From NCBI GenBank assembly GCA_015485665.1, contig WFTC01000015.1, positions 1,607 through 65,606 of the forward strand: a stretch of DNA of 64,000 bases, written 5' to 3'. This stretch comes from Candidatus Altimarinota bacterium. Its GTDB lineage: Bacteria > Patescibacteriota > Gracilibacteria > UBA1369 > 2-02-FULL-48-14. A program made the position numbers and the translations under genes. Shown in pieces: positions 27,528 to 37,618 of the stretch (position 1 is the stretch's first letter; each line of letters starts with the position of its first letter). The notes beneath the pieces are model-generated. The model made no database searches. It was not told the DNA's origin and worked only from the letters and a program-made list of their open reading frames with translations.

Positions 27528-28043
27528 TTATATTAACTGATAAATATCAGGCAAGTTCCTGAATTTCTCATTCAAATCAAATCCAAATCCAAGCAAAAAT
27601 TCGTCTTGATCATACTCAAAACAAAAATATTTCACATAAAGATCATCATCTTTCCGCCTTTGTTTTTTGTTTATCAAAGCAAGAATTTCCACTGAAAGAG
27701 CACCTTTGTCATTCAAATATTCTTGCACAAATCGCACTGTTTTTCCGGTATCCACAATATCTTCCAGCAAAAGTACATGGCGTCCATTTACCGGTGCATC
27801 CAAATCTTTTAAAAGCTTTAAATCACCACTATCAGTACCGGTCCCGTAACTGCTCAGTGTCATAAAATCAATGCTTAGATCGCCTTGAATATGTGGCAAA
27901 ATCTGACCCATGAAAACAGTGCAGCCCTTTAATATTCCAACTATCAAAAACTCTTTACCTGCATAATCATCGGAAATCTTTTTGCCCACCTCCAAAATTA
28001 CAGCATCTATTTCCTTCCTTGTAATTAAAAGTTTAAGCTCCAT
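27528..28043 (-). CDS. hpt: hypoxanthine phosphoribosyltransferase
   Basis: 171 aa, PRPP motif VLLLEDIVDTGKT, and a typical Hpt N-terminus. Confidence 0.9.
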   Translation of the reverse strand: MELKLLITRKEIDAVILEVGKKISDDYAGKEFLIVGILKGCTVFMGQILPHIQGDLSIDFMTLSSYGTGTDSGDLKLLKDLDAPVNGRHVLLLEDIVDTGKTVRFVQEYLNDKGALSVEILALINKKQRRKDDDLYVKYFCFEYDQDEFLLGFGFDLNEKFRNLPDIYQLI

Positions 28044-28049
28044 TTGAAA

Positions 28050-28766
28050 TCAACTCTTTTTTCCTCTTCTATATTGCACAACAGTTTTAATAAAAGCGGA
28101 TATTTGCACCAAAAAAACTGAAATCAACATGCCCAAATAATAAAACCTCAATGGATTTGCGGGATAGTTGGTTGGCTGACCAAGCAAAACCCGTTCCGGT
28201 GATGGCGTAAAATGCACAAAAGCAAAATATAAAGCGTGTAAAGCGGCAAGATAAAAAACAAGATAAGTAAAACTATGCAGCCACTTCCAAGAAGAAGGGC
28301 CCAAAAACCTAATAGCTCTGTCAAAAGATGTTGCAGCCAATGCAAGCCCGAACAACAATGCAAGAAGTCCCATTATGTTTGCAAGTCCAAACCCGGGCTC
28401 CGAACGCAAATAAGTTTCCAACTCAGGTATATATTTATAACCAAGCAATTCATACGCGCCCCACCTAACCCAATCATCAAGTACAAGGAAACCATGTATA
28501 AGTGCAATCAAAGCAAAGAAAACCCCAGTCTCCCTTCTCCATGATATTAAGCCCGAAATAGGTCTCCACAATTTAGCTGCCGGCCCTATAAAAACCGTAA
28601 ACCAAAGAAGTATGAAAGCAGCTCCGCCCAGAGCTTTCCAAAGGCGCATATCGGCGCTCCATGTTGCATTTAACATCCACATAACATAAAACAAAGCTCC
28701 TGAAATCAGAGCTACAAGTGAATTGCGAAGAAAAACTTCTTTCCATTTATTTAATTCAATTTTCAT
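28050..28766 (-). CDS. ferric-reductase-like / MsrQ-like transmembrane protein
   Basis: Six predicted TM helices with conserved His in helices (WRRETGVFFALIALIHGF, WLHSFTYLVFYLAALHALYF), as in heme-b-binding Ferric_reduct domains. Confidence 0.5.
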   Translation of the reverse strand: MKIELNKWKEVFLRNSLVALISGALFYVMWMLNATWSADMRLWKALGGAAFILLWFTVFIGPAAKLWRPISGLISWRRETGVFFALIALIHGFLVLDDWVRWGAYELLGYKYIPELETYLRSEPGFGLANIMGLLALLFGLALAATSFDRAIRFLGPSSWKWLHSFTYLVFYLAALHALYFAFVHFTPSPERVLLGQPTNYPANPLRFYYLGMLISVFLVQISAFIKTVVQYRRGKKS

Positions 28767-28839
28767 GATTCATTTTTTAAAAAACATACTGAAATTTTAC
28801 TCAAATTTTACTCATTGGCATGTTGCCAACTTTTATTTT

Positions 28840-29275
28840 GGTGGAGATGGCGGGAATCGAACCCGCGTCCAAAAAGGAAGCCTGTACGCTCTACTTTCAT
28901 AGTTTCCTCTATTAAACTCCCGATCATAAAGAGGAAACAAAAAAATCGGAAGCGGTCTTTAGTTTGTCGTCAACAACCCAAACACCGGAGGTTGCATTCC
29001 AAGCTTCATAATATGACATCACCATGACTTATGAAGCATCAGTCAAGGTGACGAGAGCGCTAAATATGAGCACTCAAAGAGAACTAAGCTGCAACAGCGG
29101 CAAAAGCCCTGTTTGTGTTTGCTGCTGCTCTAAGAGCTGCAACAAGACCAAGTTCTCCGGCATTATCTTCGTTTGCACTTAGATATTGTCCGAAACGGAT
29201 CACAGTGCGACCGGACAAACACTGAAAAGCACGATACGAGACTTCGATTCTTTCTGTCGAAACCTGTACATCCCC
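28840..29275 (-). ncRNA. ssrA: tmRNA (SsrA), one-piece, CCA encoded
   Basis: The 5' end is GGGGAUGUACAGGUUUCGAC. The 3' end is GGACGCGGGUUCGAUUCCCGCCAUCUCCACCA. The internal tag frame at 29176-29084 is GCA AAC GAA ... GCU UAG and encodes ANEDNAGELGLVAALRAAANTNRAFAAVAA. Confidence 0.95.
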
Positions 29276-29278
29276 ATA

Positions 29279-29306
29279 ATTTTAAAGAGCTTAAACATTT
29301 TGTCAA
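29279..29306 (-). promoter_or_regulatory. sigma70-type promoter of ssrA
   Basis: On the minus strand: TTGACA (29306-29301), a 16-nt spacer, then TAAAAT (29284-29279), 3 nt before the mature 5' GGGG. Confidence 0.6.
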
Positions 29307-29334
29307 AATTAAAGCAAATGTCAACAGAGTTTAA

Positions 29335-32300
29335 TCATGCAGAAACTTTCTCTCCAGGTAAATTTTTTGCTTTTTTTGAAAGTGCTTGAAGGCTTTTTCT
29401 TAAACCTTCAATCCAATTCAGCCCCAATTTATTAAAATGAATTTTTAATTTTGTACCTGAAATTAGCCAATCCGAATTTTGCTCCAAAAGCGACATTATA
29501 TTTTCAGGCTTAACACCTTCAGACATTGTAAGAACTATTTGACGATCTTCTTGAGAATGCACATTCTCAGCTTTAACATTGATGATTTTTGCACGTTTTG
29601 CGTCCATTTTCACCTCAAGCACACGGAATAAATTACTTACTTCTTCAGGCATTTTTCCATAATCTTCAATTAGCTCTTGCCTAAGCTCCATGAGATATTC
29701 ATCCGTATCTGCAGATGAAAGCCTTTGATAAACTGATATTTTCTCTTTAGAGCTGACAATATATTCGTCCGGAATATATGCCGGTAAAGGAACTTCAATT
29801 GTTACGTCCTGCACCTGCGTTTCCCCTTCTTCAAACCTTTTACCCCTTTTAAGATCATCAACTGCCTGATTTAGCATTCTTATAAAATGACTAACTCCAA
29901 CGACCTGAATTGTTCCAGATTGATTTGCACCAAGCACATCCCCTGCGCCTCTGATTTCAAGATCTTTCATTGCAATTTGAAAACCTGCACCAAGCTCACT
30001 TGCTTCAACAATAGCTCTTAATCTTTTTTTTGCATCCAGAGGCAATCTTTTCATATGGTAAAGAAAATATGCGTATGCCTGCTGTTTAGATCTTCCAACC
30101 CTTCCTCTAAGTTGATAGAGCTGTGCAAGTCCGAATTTTTCGGCCTGATTAACTATCAAGGTATTGGCACTTGATAAATCAATTCCATTTTCAATAATTG
30201 TAGAACTTACCAAAACATCAAATCTCCCTTCTTTAAAAGCTAAAATGCGTTTTTCAAGTTCATCTGGTTTAAGTTTTCCATGAGTTACAACAAAACGAGC
30301 TTTTGGCATCAAAGAGCGAAGTTTCGATGCCATATCTTCAATTGTCTGTACACGATTATGTAAAAAGTAAACTTGTCCACCCCTATCAAGCTCACGCTCA
30401 ATCACTGTTTTTATAAGAGCGAGAGAAAATCTTCTAACTTCAGTTATAACAGGACGACGTCCGGGTGGTGGTGTTGTTATTGTTGTTATATCCCTAAGTC
30501 CATGCAAACTTATATTCAAGGTTCTGGGTATTGGTGTTGCGGTAAGAGTAAGAATATCAACAGATTTACGCAAAGCTTTCAATTGTTCTTTTTGTTTAAC
30601 GCCAAATCGTTGCTCTTCATCAATTATAACAAGACCTAAGTTTTTAAATCTCACATCTTTTTGAATAAGACGATGCGTACCGATAACAATATCAAGCTCA
30701 CCTCTCTCAAGTTTTTTTAAAACTTTCTTTTGTTGAGCCGGTGTTCTAAACCTGCTCAACATGTCAATCCGCACATTAAAGCCCTCCATACGCTTAACAA
30801 AAGATTTATAATGCTGATCAACCAAAATTGTAATTGGAGCTAAAACAGCAACTTGCTTTCCACTTTGAACAGCTTTAAAAGCTGCCCGCATCGCAACTTC
30901 CGTTTTGCCGAAACCAACATCTCCACAAACAAGCCTGTCCATTGGTTGTTTCCGCTCCATATCTCTTTTAACATCCAAAATCGCCCTCAATTGACCTGGT
31001 GTTGGCTCATAAGGAAAATTCTTTTCAAACTGAATCATTTCAGCAGTATCACAATCATATTGAAATCCTTTTGCGTTAGCGCGCTCAGCATATAAACCAA
31101 GTAACTCTTTTGCTATCTTTTCAGTTTCTTGCTTAACCTTATTTTGCATTGTACTCCACTCAGCAGATCCTAATCTTGTTAATTTTGGAGCTCTATTCCC
31201 TGCACCTATATATTTTGAAACTTTATCAGCTTGATCAATTGGAACAAAAAGCTTGTCATTTTCAGCATAAGCAAGCTTCAAATATTCACGAGTAACATTA
31301 TTTACAGTCCGTTTATCAAGACCCATAAACAAAGCTATTCCATGGTCACTATGAACCACATAATCTCCTGATTTTAAACCTGTTAGGAAATCACTAAAAA
31401 CACGTTGCCTGTCAGGAGATTTTATCTTCTCTCCATCAAATCCAACGTTTCTATCTGATAAAACAAGAAGTTTAAGATGTGGATTTTGAAATGCTTGAGG
31501 GAAAACTCCATCTTTATCAATATTTAAAAGAACAACATCTTTTGGGTGAAGATTTATGTTTTTTTCCCAAGTTTTATAAGAAATGTTTTTGTCTTCAAGT
31601 AAAGTTTTATATTTTTCAGGATGTTTAGTGAATATAAAAGTGGTCCAATCATTATCAACTTTTTCTCTAAGATCTGTAATAAAATCCAAAGGATTATGGT
31701 ACTTCAAAACAGATAAATAATGAAGGTGATGATGATATGGGTTTTCTTCCATGAATGACCTAAACTCAATATATTTACTCTCACTTGATCTTTGTTTCAT
31801 TAAATTTTCAAAATCAGAAGCATCACTATCAGGAAACTCAACTTCATCATCAATAACCAAAGTATTTCTTCCAAAGTAAGACAAAAGTGTTGAATTCCAA
31901 TTTTCAACAAGAATAGGAAAAAGGCTCATCTCTTTAAGAGCTTGTATTTCTTTCCTTTCAATTGTGTCAAAAATTGAAATCCTATCAACAACATCAAAAT
32001 CAATTTCAATTCTTATTGGAAAATCACTATTTACAGGCCATATTGTAAGTCTATCTCCATCCCTATAATATTCTCCTTTTTCAACATGATAATCTTTTGA
32101 GACTGCGTAACCTGAATTTATTAAAGACTCAAAAAAATCAACGGAATCAAGCTCATCACCCTTTTTTATTCTTATTATTTTTTCTTTTATTTCATTTGAA
32201 CCGGGAAATTTTCTAAATAAATCACTATATTTAACAATAAAAAAAGTTGGTCTTGTTTTATCCATAAGAAGAGACATTGTCTCCATAATATGAGATATAT

Positions 32301-32601
32301 TCTTCTTTTCTTTCTTCTTATCAATGCTTGCATCTTCTTCGATGCTAATCTCATGAACAAAGCTATCACCCCAAAGAGAAACAGATCTTACAATATGATC
32401 TTTATGCTTTGAATCTGAACATATCCATAAAACATTATGAAGATCTTTATTTTCCCTCATTAAATCCGAAATCAAAAATGCTTTGCTGGAAAAATTTCCA
32501 CCACCTGATATTGATGAATAACCATTTTGTGCGAATTGTTCCACAACCTCAAGATTCTGTCCTGCCGGAAGCAGCGAAATAAGGTGCCTGCAGTCTTTCA
32601 A
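29335..32601 (-). CDS. mfd: transcription-repair coupling factor
   Basis: 1088 aa, Walker A GDVGFGKTEVAMRAAF, DEEQRFGV, a helicase C region and the TRG motif region. The start codon is TTG. Confidence 0.95.
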   Translation of the reverse strand: MKDCRHLISLLPAGQNLEVVEQFAQNGYSSISGGGNFSSKAFLISDLMRENKDLHNVLWICSDSKHKDHIVRSVSLWGDSFVHEISIEEDASIDKKKEKKNISHIMETMSLLMDKTRPTFFIVKYSDLFRKFPGSNEIKEKIIRIKKGDELDSVDFFESLINSGYAVSKDYHVEKGEYYRDGDRLTIWPVNSDFPIRIEIDFDVVDRISIFDTIERKEIQALKEMSLFPILVENWNSTLLSYFGRNTLVIDDEVEFPDSDASDFENLMKQRSSESKYIEFRSFMEENPYHHHLHYLSVLKYHNPLDFITDLREKVDNDWTTFIFTKHPEKYKTLLEDKNISYKTWEKNINLHPKDVVLLNIDKDGVFPQAFQNPHLKLLVLSDRNVGFDGEKIKSPDRQRVFSDFLTGLKSGDYVVHSDHGIALFMGLDKRTVNNVTREYLKLAYAENDKLFVPIDQADKVSKYIGAGNRAPKLTRLGSAEWSTMQNKVKQETEKIAKELLGLYAERANAKGFQYDCDTAEMIQFEKNFPYEPTPGQLRAILDVKRDMERKQPMDRLVCGDVGFGKTEVAMRAAFKAVQSGKQVAVLAPITILVDQHYKSFVKRMEGFNVRIDMLSRFRTPAQQKKVLKKLERGELDIVIGTHRLIQKDVRFKNLGLVIIDEEQRFGVKQKEQLKALRKSVDILTLTATPIPRTLNISLHGLRDITTITTPPPGRRPVITEVRRFSLALIKTVIERELDRGGQVYFLHNRVQTIEDMASKLRSLMPKARFVVTHGKLKPDELEKRILAFKEGRFDVLVSSTIIENGIDLSSANTLIVNQAEKFGLAQLYQLRGRVGRSKQQAYAYFLYHMKRLPLDAKKRLRAIVEASELGAGFQIAMKDLEIRGAGDVLGANQSGTIQVVGVSHFIRMLNQAVDDLKRGKRFEEGETQVQDVTIEVPLPAYIPDEYIVSSKEKISVYQRLSSADTDEYLMELRQELIEDYGKMPEEVSNLFRVLEVKMDAKRAKIINVKAENVHSQEDRQIVLTMSEGVKPENIMSLLEQNSDWLISGTKLKIHFNKLGLNWIEGLRKSLQALSKKAKNLPGEKVSA

Positions 32602-32621
32602 TTAGTTAAATGCTTAGCTTT

Positions 32622-33722
32622 CTAAACTTTAAGCGGCATTATAATATATACATATCCGCTTTCCTGAGCCGGCTCAACCTTAACAGGAGAGAGTGCATCA
32701 TTCAAGCCCAAATAAATTGTATCGTCTTTCAAATTTGAAAGTACATCCAATATATATTGAGCATTTAAAGCTGTATTTTGAATATCTCCTGATGTTTTTG
32801 CGGAAATATCAGAATTCCCATGTCCAACTTGAGTTTCATCTGAAATAACACTAACTTTTCCTTCACATACAGAAATTTTTATATTGTTATTGTTTTCTCT
32901 AACTATCACTGACATTTTCTTTAAAGCAAGTATAAAATCTTTAGTTGAAATTTCAGCTTTTGTTTTAGATTCAGAAGGAAGAATACTTTCGTAGTTTGGA
33001 AAGTTACCTTCAATCAAACGTGAACTAAAATCAATTCCGGAAATACTGAACATTATTTGTCCTTTTCCAATACGAATATTAACTGATTCTTCATTTGTAT
33101 TTGATAAAATCTTAGCAAGCTCTTGAGCTGATTTTGCAGGAATAATGAATTTTATTTCTTCATCTTCTTCATATTCTAAAATCATTTTTTTCTCAGCTAA
33201 ACGATAACTATCTGTTGCAGCCAATGTCATTGTATCTACTGAAATACGCCAAAAAATACCAGTCAAAACAGGTCTTGATATATTAGTTGAAGCAGCAAAA
33301 GCAACAGAATTTATTGCATTTCTTACAGCTTCAGATGGTAAAAATAAAGATTTTCCTTCTTTTACATCAGGTAAAATTGGAAATTCATCACAAGATATTC
33401 CTTTCATACTTGTATTTGAATCACTTGATTTAATTTTCAACTCACAACCTTGAACTGAAAGTTCAATCATCTCATTCTTCAAAAGACCTATGTAAGCTGT
33501 TATTGATTTTGCAGGAACTGTTATACCACCTTCACTTTCAATTTCAGCCATAATTCCTGATTGAATTGAAATTTCAAGATTGGTTGCACTAAGCTTTAAC
33601 TCTCCGTTTTCGGCATTTATCTTAATATTATTCAATACCTCCAAAGTGTTATTCGTACTTACTGCACGATTTACTATTGAAAGAGCTGTAGCTAAATCAT
33701 TTTGCAAACAACGTAATTTCAT
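32622..33722 (-). CDS. dnaN: DNA polymerase III beta sliding clamp
   Basis: 366 aa with a three-domain clamp pattern (MKLRCLQNDL..AL..V.RAV, ... YIIMPLKV C-terminus). Confidence 0.9.
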   Translation of the reverse strand: MKLRCLQNDLATALSIVNRAVSTNNTLEVLNNIKINAENGELKLSATNLEISIQSGIMAEIESEGGITVPAKSITAYIGLLKNEMIELSVQGCELKIKSSDSNTSMKGISCDEFPILPDVKEGKSLFLPSEAVRNAINSVAFAASTNISRPVLTGIFWRISVDTMTLAATDSYRLAEKKMILEYEEDEEIKFIIPAKSAQELAKILSNTNEESVNIRIGKGQIMFSISGIDFSSRLIEGNFPNYESILPSESKTKAEISTKDFILALKKMSVIVRENNNNIKISVCEGKVSVISDETQVGHGNSDISAKTSGDIQNTALNAQYILDVLSNLKDDTIYLGLNDALSPVKVEPAQESGYVYIIMPLKV

Positions 33723-34190
33723 AAAAACTTATTTAATTGACTTTAAGTGAAACAAAAAATATTCAAACTGTCCATATAAAAACAATAGATAATAATATAT
33801 AAATATAAACAGTAGTTATTGTTATAGTATATGGACTAAAGTTGTTTTTTTATGTAAAACAATAAAGTTTTTTTACTTAAAAAGATTTTTTAACAAAAAT
33901 AAAAACAGGTTAAATCAAATAAATTGTGTAAAACTTTAAAGTGATAGTTAATAAAATTGTGCAAAACTAGTGTAAAACACCTAATTCATGTGGACAAAAT
34001 GTGCATATTAAAACGCTTTCACACAAAAAATTTCTTCCATTGTGTATAAAAATTACACTTTTTTTAAAGTATAGTCTTCAAAAATAATAAAACATGTTGA
34101 AAACATTAAATTTAATTTTCAACACATAAAAACACTTTTAAACATTCTTTAAACAACGAAATAAAGTTTTAAATATATTTTCAACATGTT
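33723..34190. other. candidate chromosomal replication origin (oriC): AT-rich spacer with DnaA-box-like repeats
   Basis: A 468-bp ORF-free spacer upstream of dnaN. One-mismatch DnaA boxes: TGTGGACAA (33989-33997) and TGTGTATAA (34041-34049). Related 9-mers: TGTGTAAAA (33925), TGTGCAAAA (33958) and AGTGTAAAA (33969). TTTTCAACA occurs 3 times. There is a nearly pure A/T block at 33781-33840. Confidence 0.45.
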
Positions 34191-35999
34191 TTACACTCTT
34201 ACAATTGTAACCTCAATAAGGGGTCTGCGATTCAATTCTTTTAATATATATGCTCTTAACTCACCTCTTATAAAATGTTGATAGTCTCTCAATCTTGGAC
34301 GAGATTTACGTTTATATAACTTTAAAACTGCTGATTTTGCTCTTTTTTTAATTCCTTCAATTGTTCTTTCTTGTTCAGACTCATAAACAAATCCAGATGA
34401 ACTGACAACAGGTGAACCAACAATCTTTCCTCCTTTCATTTTTAAAACCAAATGAACAATACCGTTTTCAGCCATTGCCTCCCTGTCTTTTAAAACACGA
34501 GATGCCAAATCACCTTTACCAAGACCGTCAACAACAACGAACTTTGTTTTAATATCTTCATTTTTAAAGCTTACATTCCCATTTCTAATCTCTATAACAT
34601 TTCCATTATCCATCATATGTATGTTTGACTTTTCAATACCCATTTCATATCCAAGATTTCCATGAGCTTTTCTCATATAATGATTTCCATGAACAGGAAC
34701 AAGATGTTTAGGTTGAATTAAAGAAATCATCATTTTCAAATCCTCCTGATGACCGTGTCCTGAGGTATGCACATCCATTATTCTATTGTGAATTATGTTT
34801 GCACCAAGCCTTGCCAAAGAATCCACCAAAAAAGCAACAGATTTTTCATTTCCAATTATAGGTGATGCTGATAATACGATAGTATCTCCGGATTTTATTT
34901 TCAGATGTTTGTGCGCCTCAGTTGCCATGCGTGACAAAGCCGCCATTGGTTCTCCTTGACTTCCGGTTGTAAGAACCAAAATCTGATCATCTTTAAAATC
35001 ATTTATTTCATGCATTTTTCTAATAAGACCATTTGGAACTTTAATAAAACCAAGCTCTCTTGCCATATCTATATTCTTTTCAATGCTCCTTCCTGATAAA
35101 AAAACCTTTCTATTATTATTAAGTGCAAAATTCATAATTTGCTGTATGCGCCCTATCAAAGATGAGAAACAAGAAATAATCAAACGCCCTTCTGTATTTT
35201 TCACAGCCCTATCAAGCGCCTCACCAATAACACGTTCTGAAGGAGTGTGACCCAGCTTTGTAGATCCGGTGCTGTCACTGAATAATATATCAACACCACT
35301 CTTTCCAATTAGAGTCATTTTCATAATATCGCAAGGGACACCGTCAGCCGGAGTAAAATCAAATTTAAAATCACCAGTATGAACAATTATTCCTTGAGGA
35401 GTTTTAAGTCTGTATCCAAAGGCATCAGGAATTGAGTGATTTACTCTGAAAGTATCAATTTCAAAACTTCCAAGACGCAATGATCTTTTATTATCTATTT
35501 CAATAATACGAACCGATTTTGTCATCTTATGTTCATCTAAAATTCGTCTAATAAGACCTGAAGTAAGCTTATAAGTATAAATATTTGGATAACCAAGGCT
35601 GGGCAATATCCAAGGCAATCCACCAATATGATCCAAATGACCGTGAGTAATTATAAGTCCACGCAAACGACTACGTCTGGCAACAGCATATTGAATATCG
35701 GGAATAACATAATCAACGCCAAACATATCATCTTCAGCGAACTGAAAGCCTGCATCAACCATTAAAAGATCGTTTTCATGTTCAATAAGCATGGAGTTTT
35801 TCCCAACCTCCTCAAGCCCACCTATTGGAATTATACGCATAACGTTTTTATGCACAGGGGCTTGTTTGGGACTTTCAGTCTTTAAAGGCTTATTTTTTTT
35901 CCTCTTTGAAATAGAGTTATAACTGGATTTCTTAGCTTTACTTCCGCCATGTACGGTTTCTTTTATCCATGCGGATATCCTATCCATATTCTTAGACAT
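34191..35999 (-). CDS. rnj: ribonuclease J
   Basis: Metallo-beta-lactamase motif ITHGHLDHIGG, beta-CASP region and a C-terminal domain. There is a roughly 50-aa basic N-terminal extension. Confidence 0.9.
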   Translation of the reverse strand: MSKNMDRISAWIKETVHGGSKAKKSSYNSISKRKKNKPLKTESPKQAPVHKNVMRIIPIGGLEEVGKNSMLIEHENDLLMVDAGFQFAEDDMFGVDYVIPDIQYAVARRSRLRGLIITHGHLDHIGGLPWILPSLGYPNIYTYKLTSGLIRRILDEHKMTKSVRIIEIDNKRSLRLGSFEIDTFRVNHSIPDAFGYRLKTPQGIIVHTGDFKFDFTPADGVPCDIMKMTLIGKSGVDILFSDSTGSTKLGHTPSERVIGEALDRAVKNTEGRLIISCFSSLIGRIQQIMNFALNNNRKVFLSGRSIEKNIDMARELGFIKVPNGLIRKMHEINDFKDDQILVLTTGSQGEPMAALSRMATEAHKHLKIKSGDTIVLSASPIIGNEKSVAFLVDSLARLGANIIHNRIMDVHTSGHGHQEDLKMMISLIQPKHLVPVHGNHYMRKAHGNLGYEMGIEKSNIHMMDNGNVIEIRNGNVSFKNEDIKTKFVVVDGLGKGDLASRVLKDREAMAENGIVHLVLKMKGGKIVGSPVVSSSGFVYESEQERTIEGIKKRAKSAVLKLYKRKSRPRLRDYQHFIRGELRAYILKELNRRPLIEVTIVRV

Positions 36000-36068
36000 T
36001 TTTTCTGTTACACATTAATTCGCTTCTTCCCCCGAATTTATTGCATTTCCATCTAATCATATCAAAAT

Positions 36069-37577
36069 TTAATAGTTAAGTCCAGAGCGCATGCGAATTT
36101 TTTTAACAAACTCATCAGGGATTGCTCCTGTAATAAGTAATATGGAGCAATAAATTAAGGCACCTATAAAGCTTAGAAAAGCAATATTAAAATTTTCCAT
36201 ATTAAGCCAATAATAACTTGGTTCCTTCAATGCGAATATGGAAAGCGCCATAATAAATGCGGAAAAGCAAGCCTTTAAAAGGCGTATACGGCTAAATTTA
36301 AAGGTGATGAATTTTCTAGATACGAAGAAGGCTAAAATAAAAATAAAAAGCTCTGTAAGAACGCTTGTAAGAGCAGCGCCGCGAAAACCGAGAACAGGAA
36401 TTACAAAATAGTTGGCAAGCACATTGCCAAAAGCGGCGATACCATTAATCCAAAGCAAATGATTTTGTTTGTTTACCGCAACCATAGAATATGTAAATAC
36501 ACTGTTTAAAAAGGAAAAAAACATGGCAAAAACCAAAATTTGAAGAGCTATATCTGATCCAAAAACACCTTGATCCAATTTACTCAAAAATTCCGGCTGA
36601 GTAATAAGAAAAATAATTGGATATGCAAGAAGGAATAGCCCTATAGACATAGGTAAAGCAAGCAAGTAAAGGAAGTCAAAACATAGTTGTAAAATACGTG
36701 CAGCCTTTTCTTTATTGCTTTTTACCGCTTTAGATAAAGTTGGCAAAACGCTGTTCATAAAATAAACAGGTATTACAGATAAAATTTCCAACATGCTGAC
36801 AGCCGGACCGTAAAAACCGTTTTCTTTTGGTCCTGCCATCCAAAGAAGCATTATGCTGTCTATGCGAAAATAGATCATATTTAGAACAAGAGCTATACCG
36901 TAAGGAATTGAGCTGATCATAATTTCCTTCCAATAAGAAGCGTCAAAGCGTGGACGCATAGGTGTATATTTGAGTACATAATAAAAAGTAAAACAGAAAG
37001 CAAAAAGATTACCGATTACACCGGCAAGAAGTAGTTGATAAAATGCTTCATTACTTGGAGTTCCTACAAAAAAATAAAAAATTACAGACATCATCCAAGC
37101 TAATGAAATCAACTTGCCTAAAACTATGCCGATAGTTGAATAATGCATTTTAAGTTCAACTTGCAAGACACTTGAAACAGTTCCATGCATTATAGCTAAA
37201 AATACAGCCAAGGATGCAATGGAAACCCCAATTGGTATGGCACTGCCTTTATAAGCTGGAATAGAGAATGCTGCCAAGATAGCCAAAGACATTGCAATAA
37301 ATGCTAAGGCAATACGCATACCGAAAATATTACCTGCAATAAAGTGCCTGTCCCTCTCTTCACGCCCCATTTCTCGTACAGCTATGGTAAACAAACCAAG
37401 GTCAGCGATAATGCCGAAGAAAGCCAAAAAATCATAAACACCTTTATACATTCCATAACCCTCCACGCTCAAAAAACCGGAAATTGCCTTCAAAATGATA
37501 ATACTGATAATGGCCATAATACCACGACCAGCCACCTGAACAGCTGTATTTCCAAGAATTTTCTTTGCGGTTGACAT
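36069..37577 (-). CDS. MOP-superfamily flippase (Wzx/MurJ-like polysaccharide or lipid II flippase)
   Basis: 502 aa, about 14 TM helices, with an N-terminal KILGNTAVQVAGRGI..... pattern typical of oligosaccharide flippases. Confidence 0.65.
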   Translation of the reverse strand: MSTAKKILGNTAVQVAGRGIMAIISIIILKAISGFLSVEGYGMYKGVYDFLAFFGIIADLGLFTIAVREMGREERDRHFIAGNIFGMRIALAFIAMSLAILAAFSIPAYKGSAIPIGVSIASLAVFLAIMHGTVSSVLQVELKMHYSTIGIVLGKLISLAWMMSVIFYFFVGTPSNEAFYQLLLAGVIGNLFAFCFTFYYVLKYTPMRPRFDASYWKEIMISSIPYGIALVLNMIYFRIDSIMLLWMAGPKENGFYGPAVSMLEILSVIPVYFMNSVLPTLSKAVKSNKEKAARILQLCFDFLYLLALPMSIGLFLLAYPIIFLITQPEFLSKLDQGVFGSDIALQILVFAMFFSFLNSVFTYSMVAVNKQNHLLWINGIAAFGNVLANYFVIPVLGFRGAALTSVLTELFIFILAFFVSRKFITFKFSRIRLLKACFSAFIMALSIFALKEPSYYWLNMENFNIAFLSFIGALIYCSILLITGAIPDEFVKKIRMRSGLNY

Positions 37578-37618
37578 ACTGCACGCTACTATAGTTTCAG
37601 ATTAAAGAAAACTCAAGA

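Noticed and set aside
28815-29389. ORFs 28815-29027 and 29186-29389 (plus strand)
   Set aside because: They overlap the tmRNA gene and its promoter. The tmRNA assignment explains the whole region.
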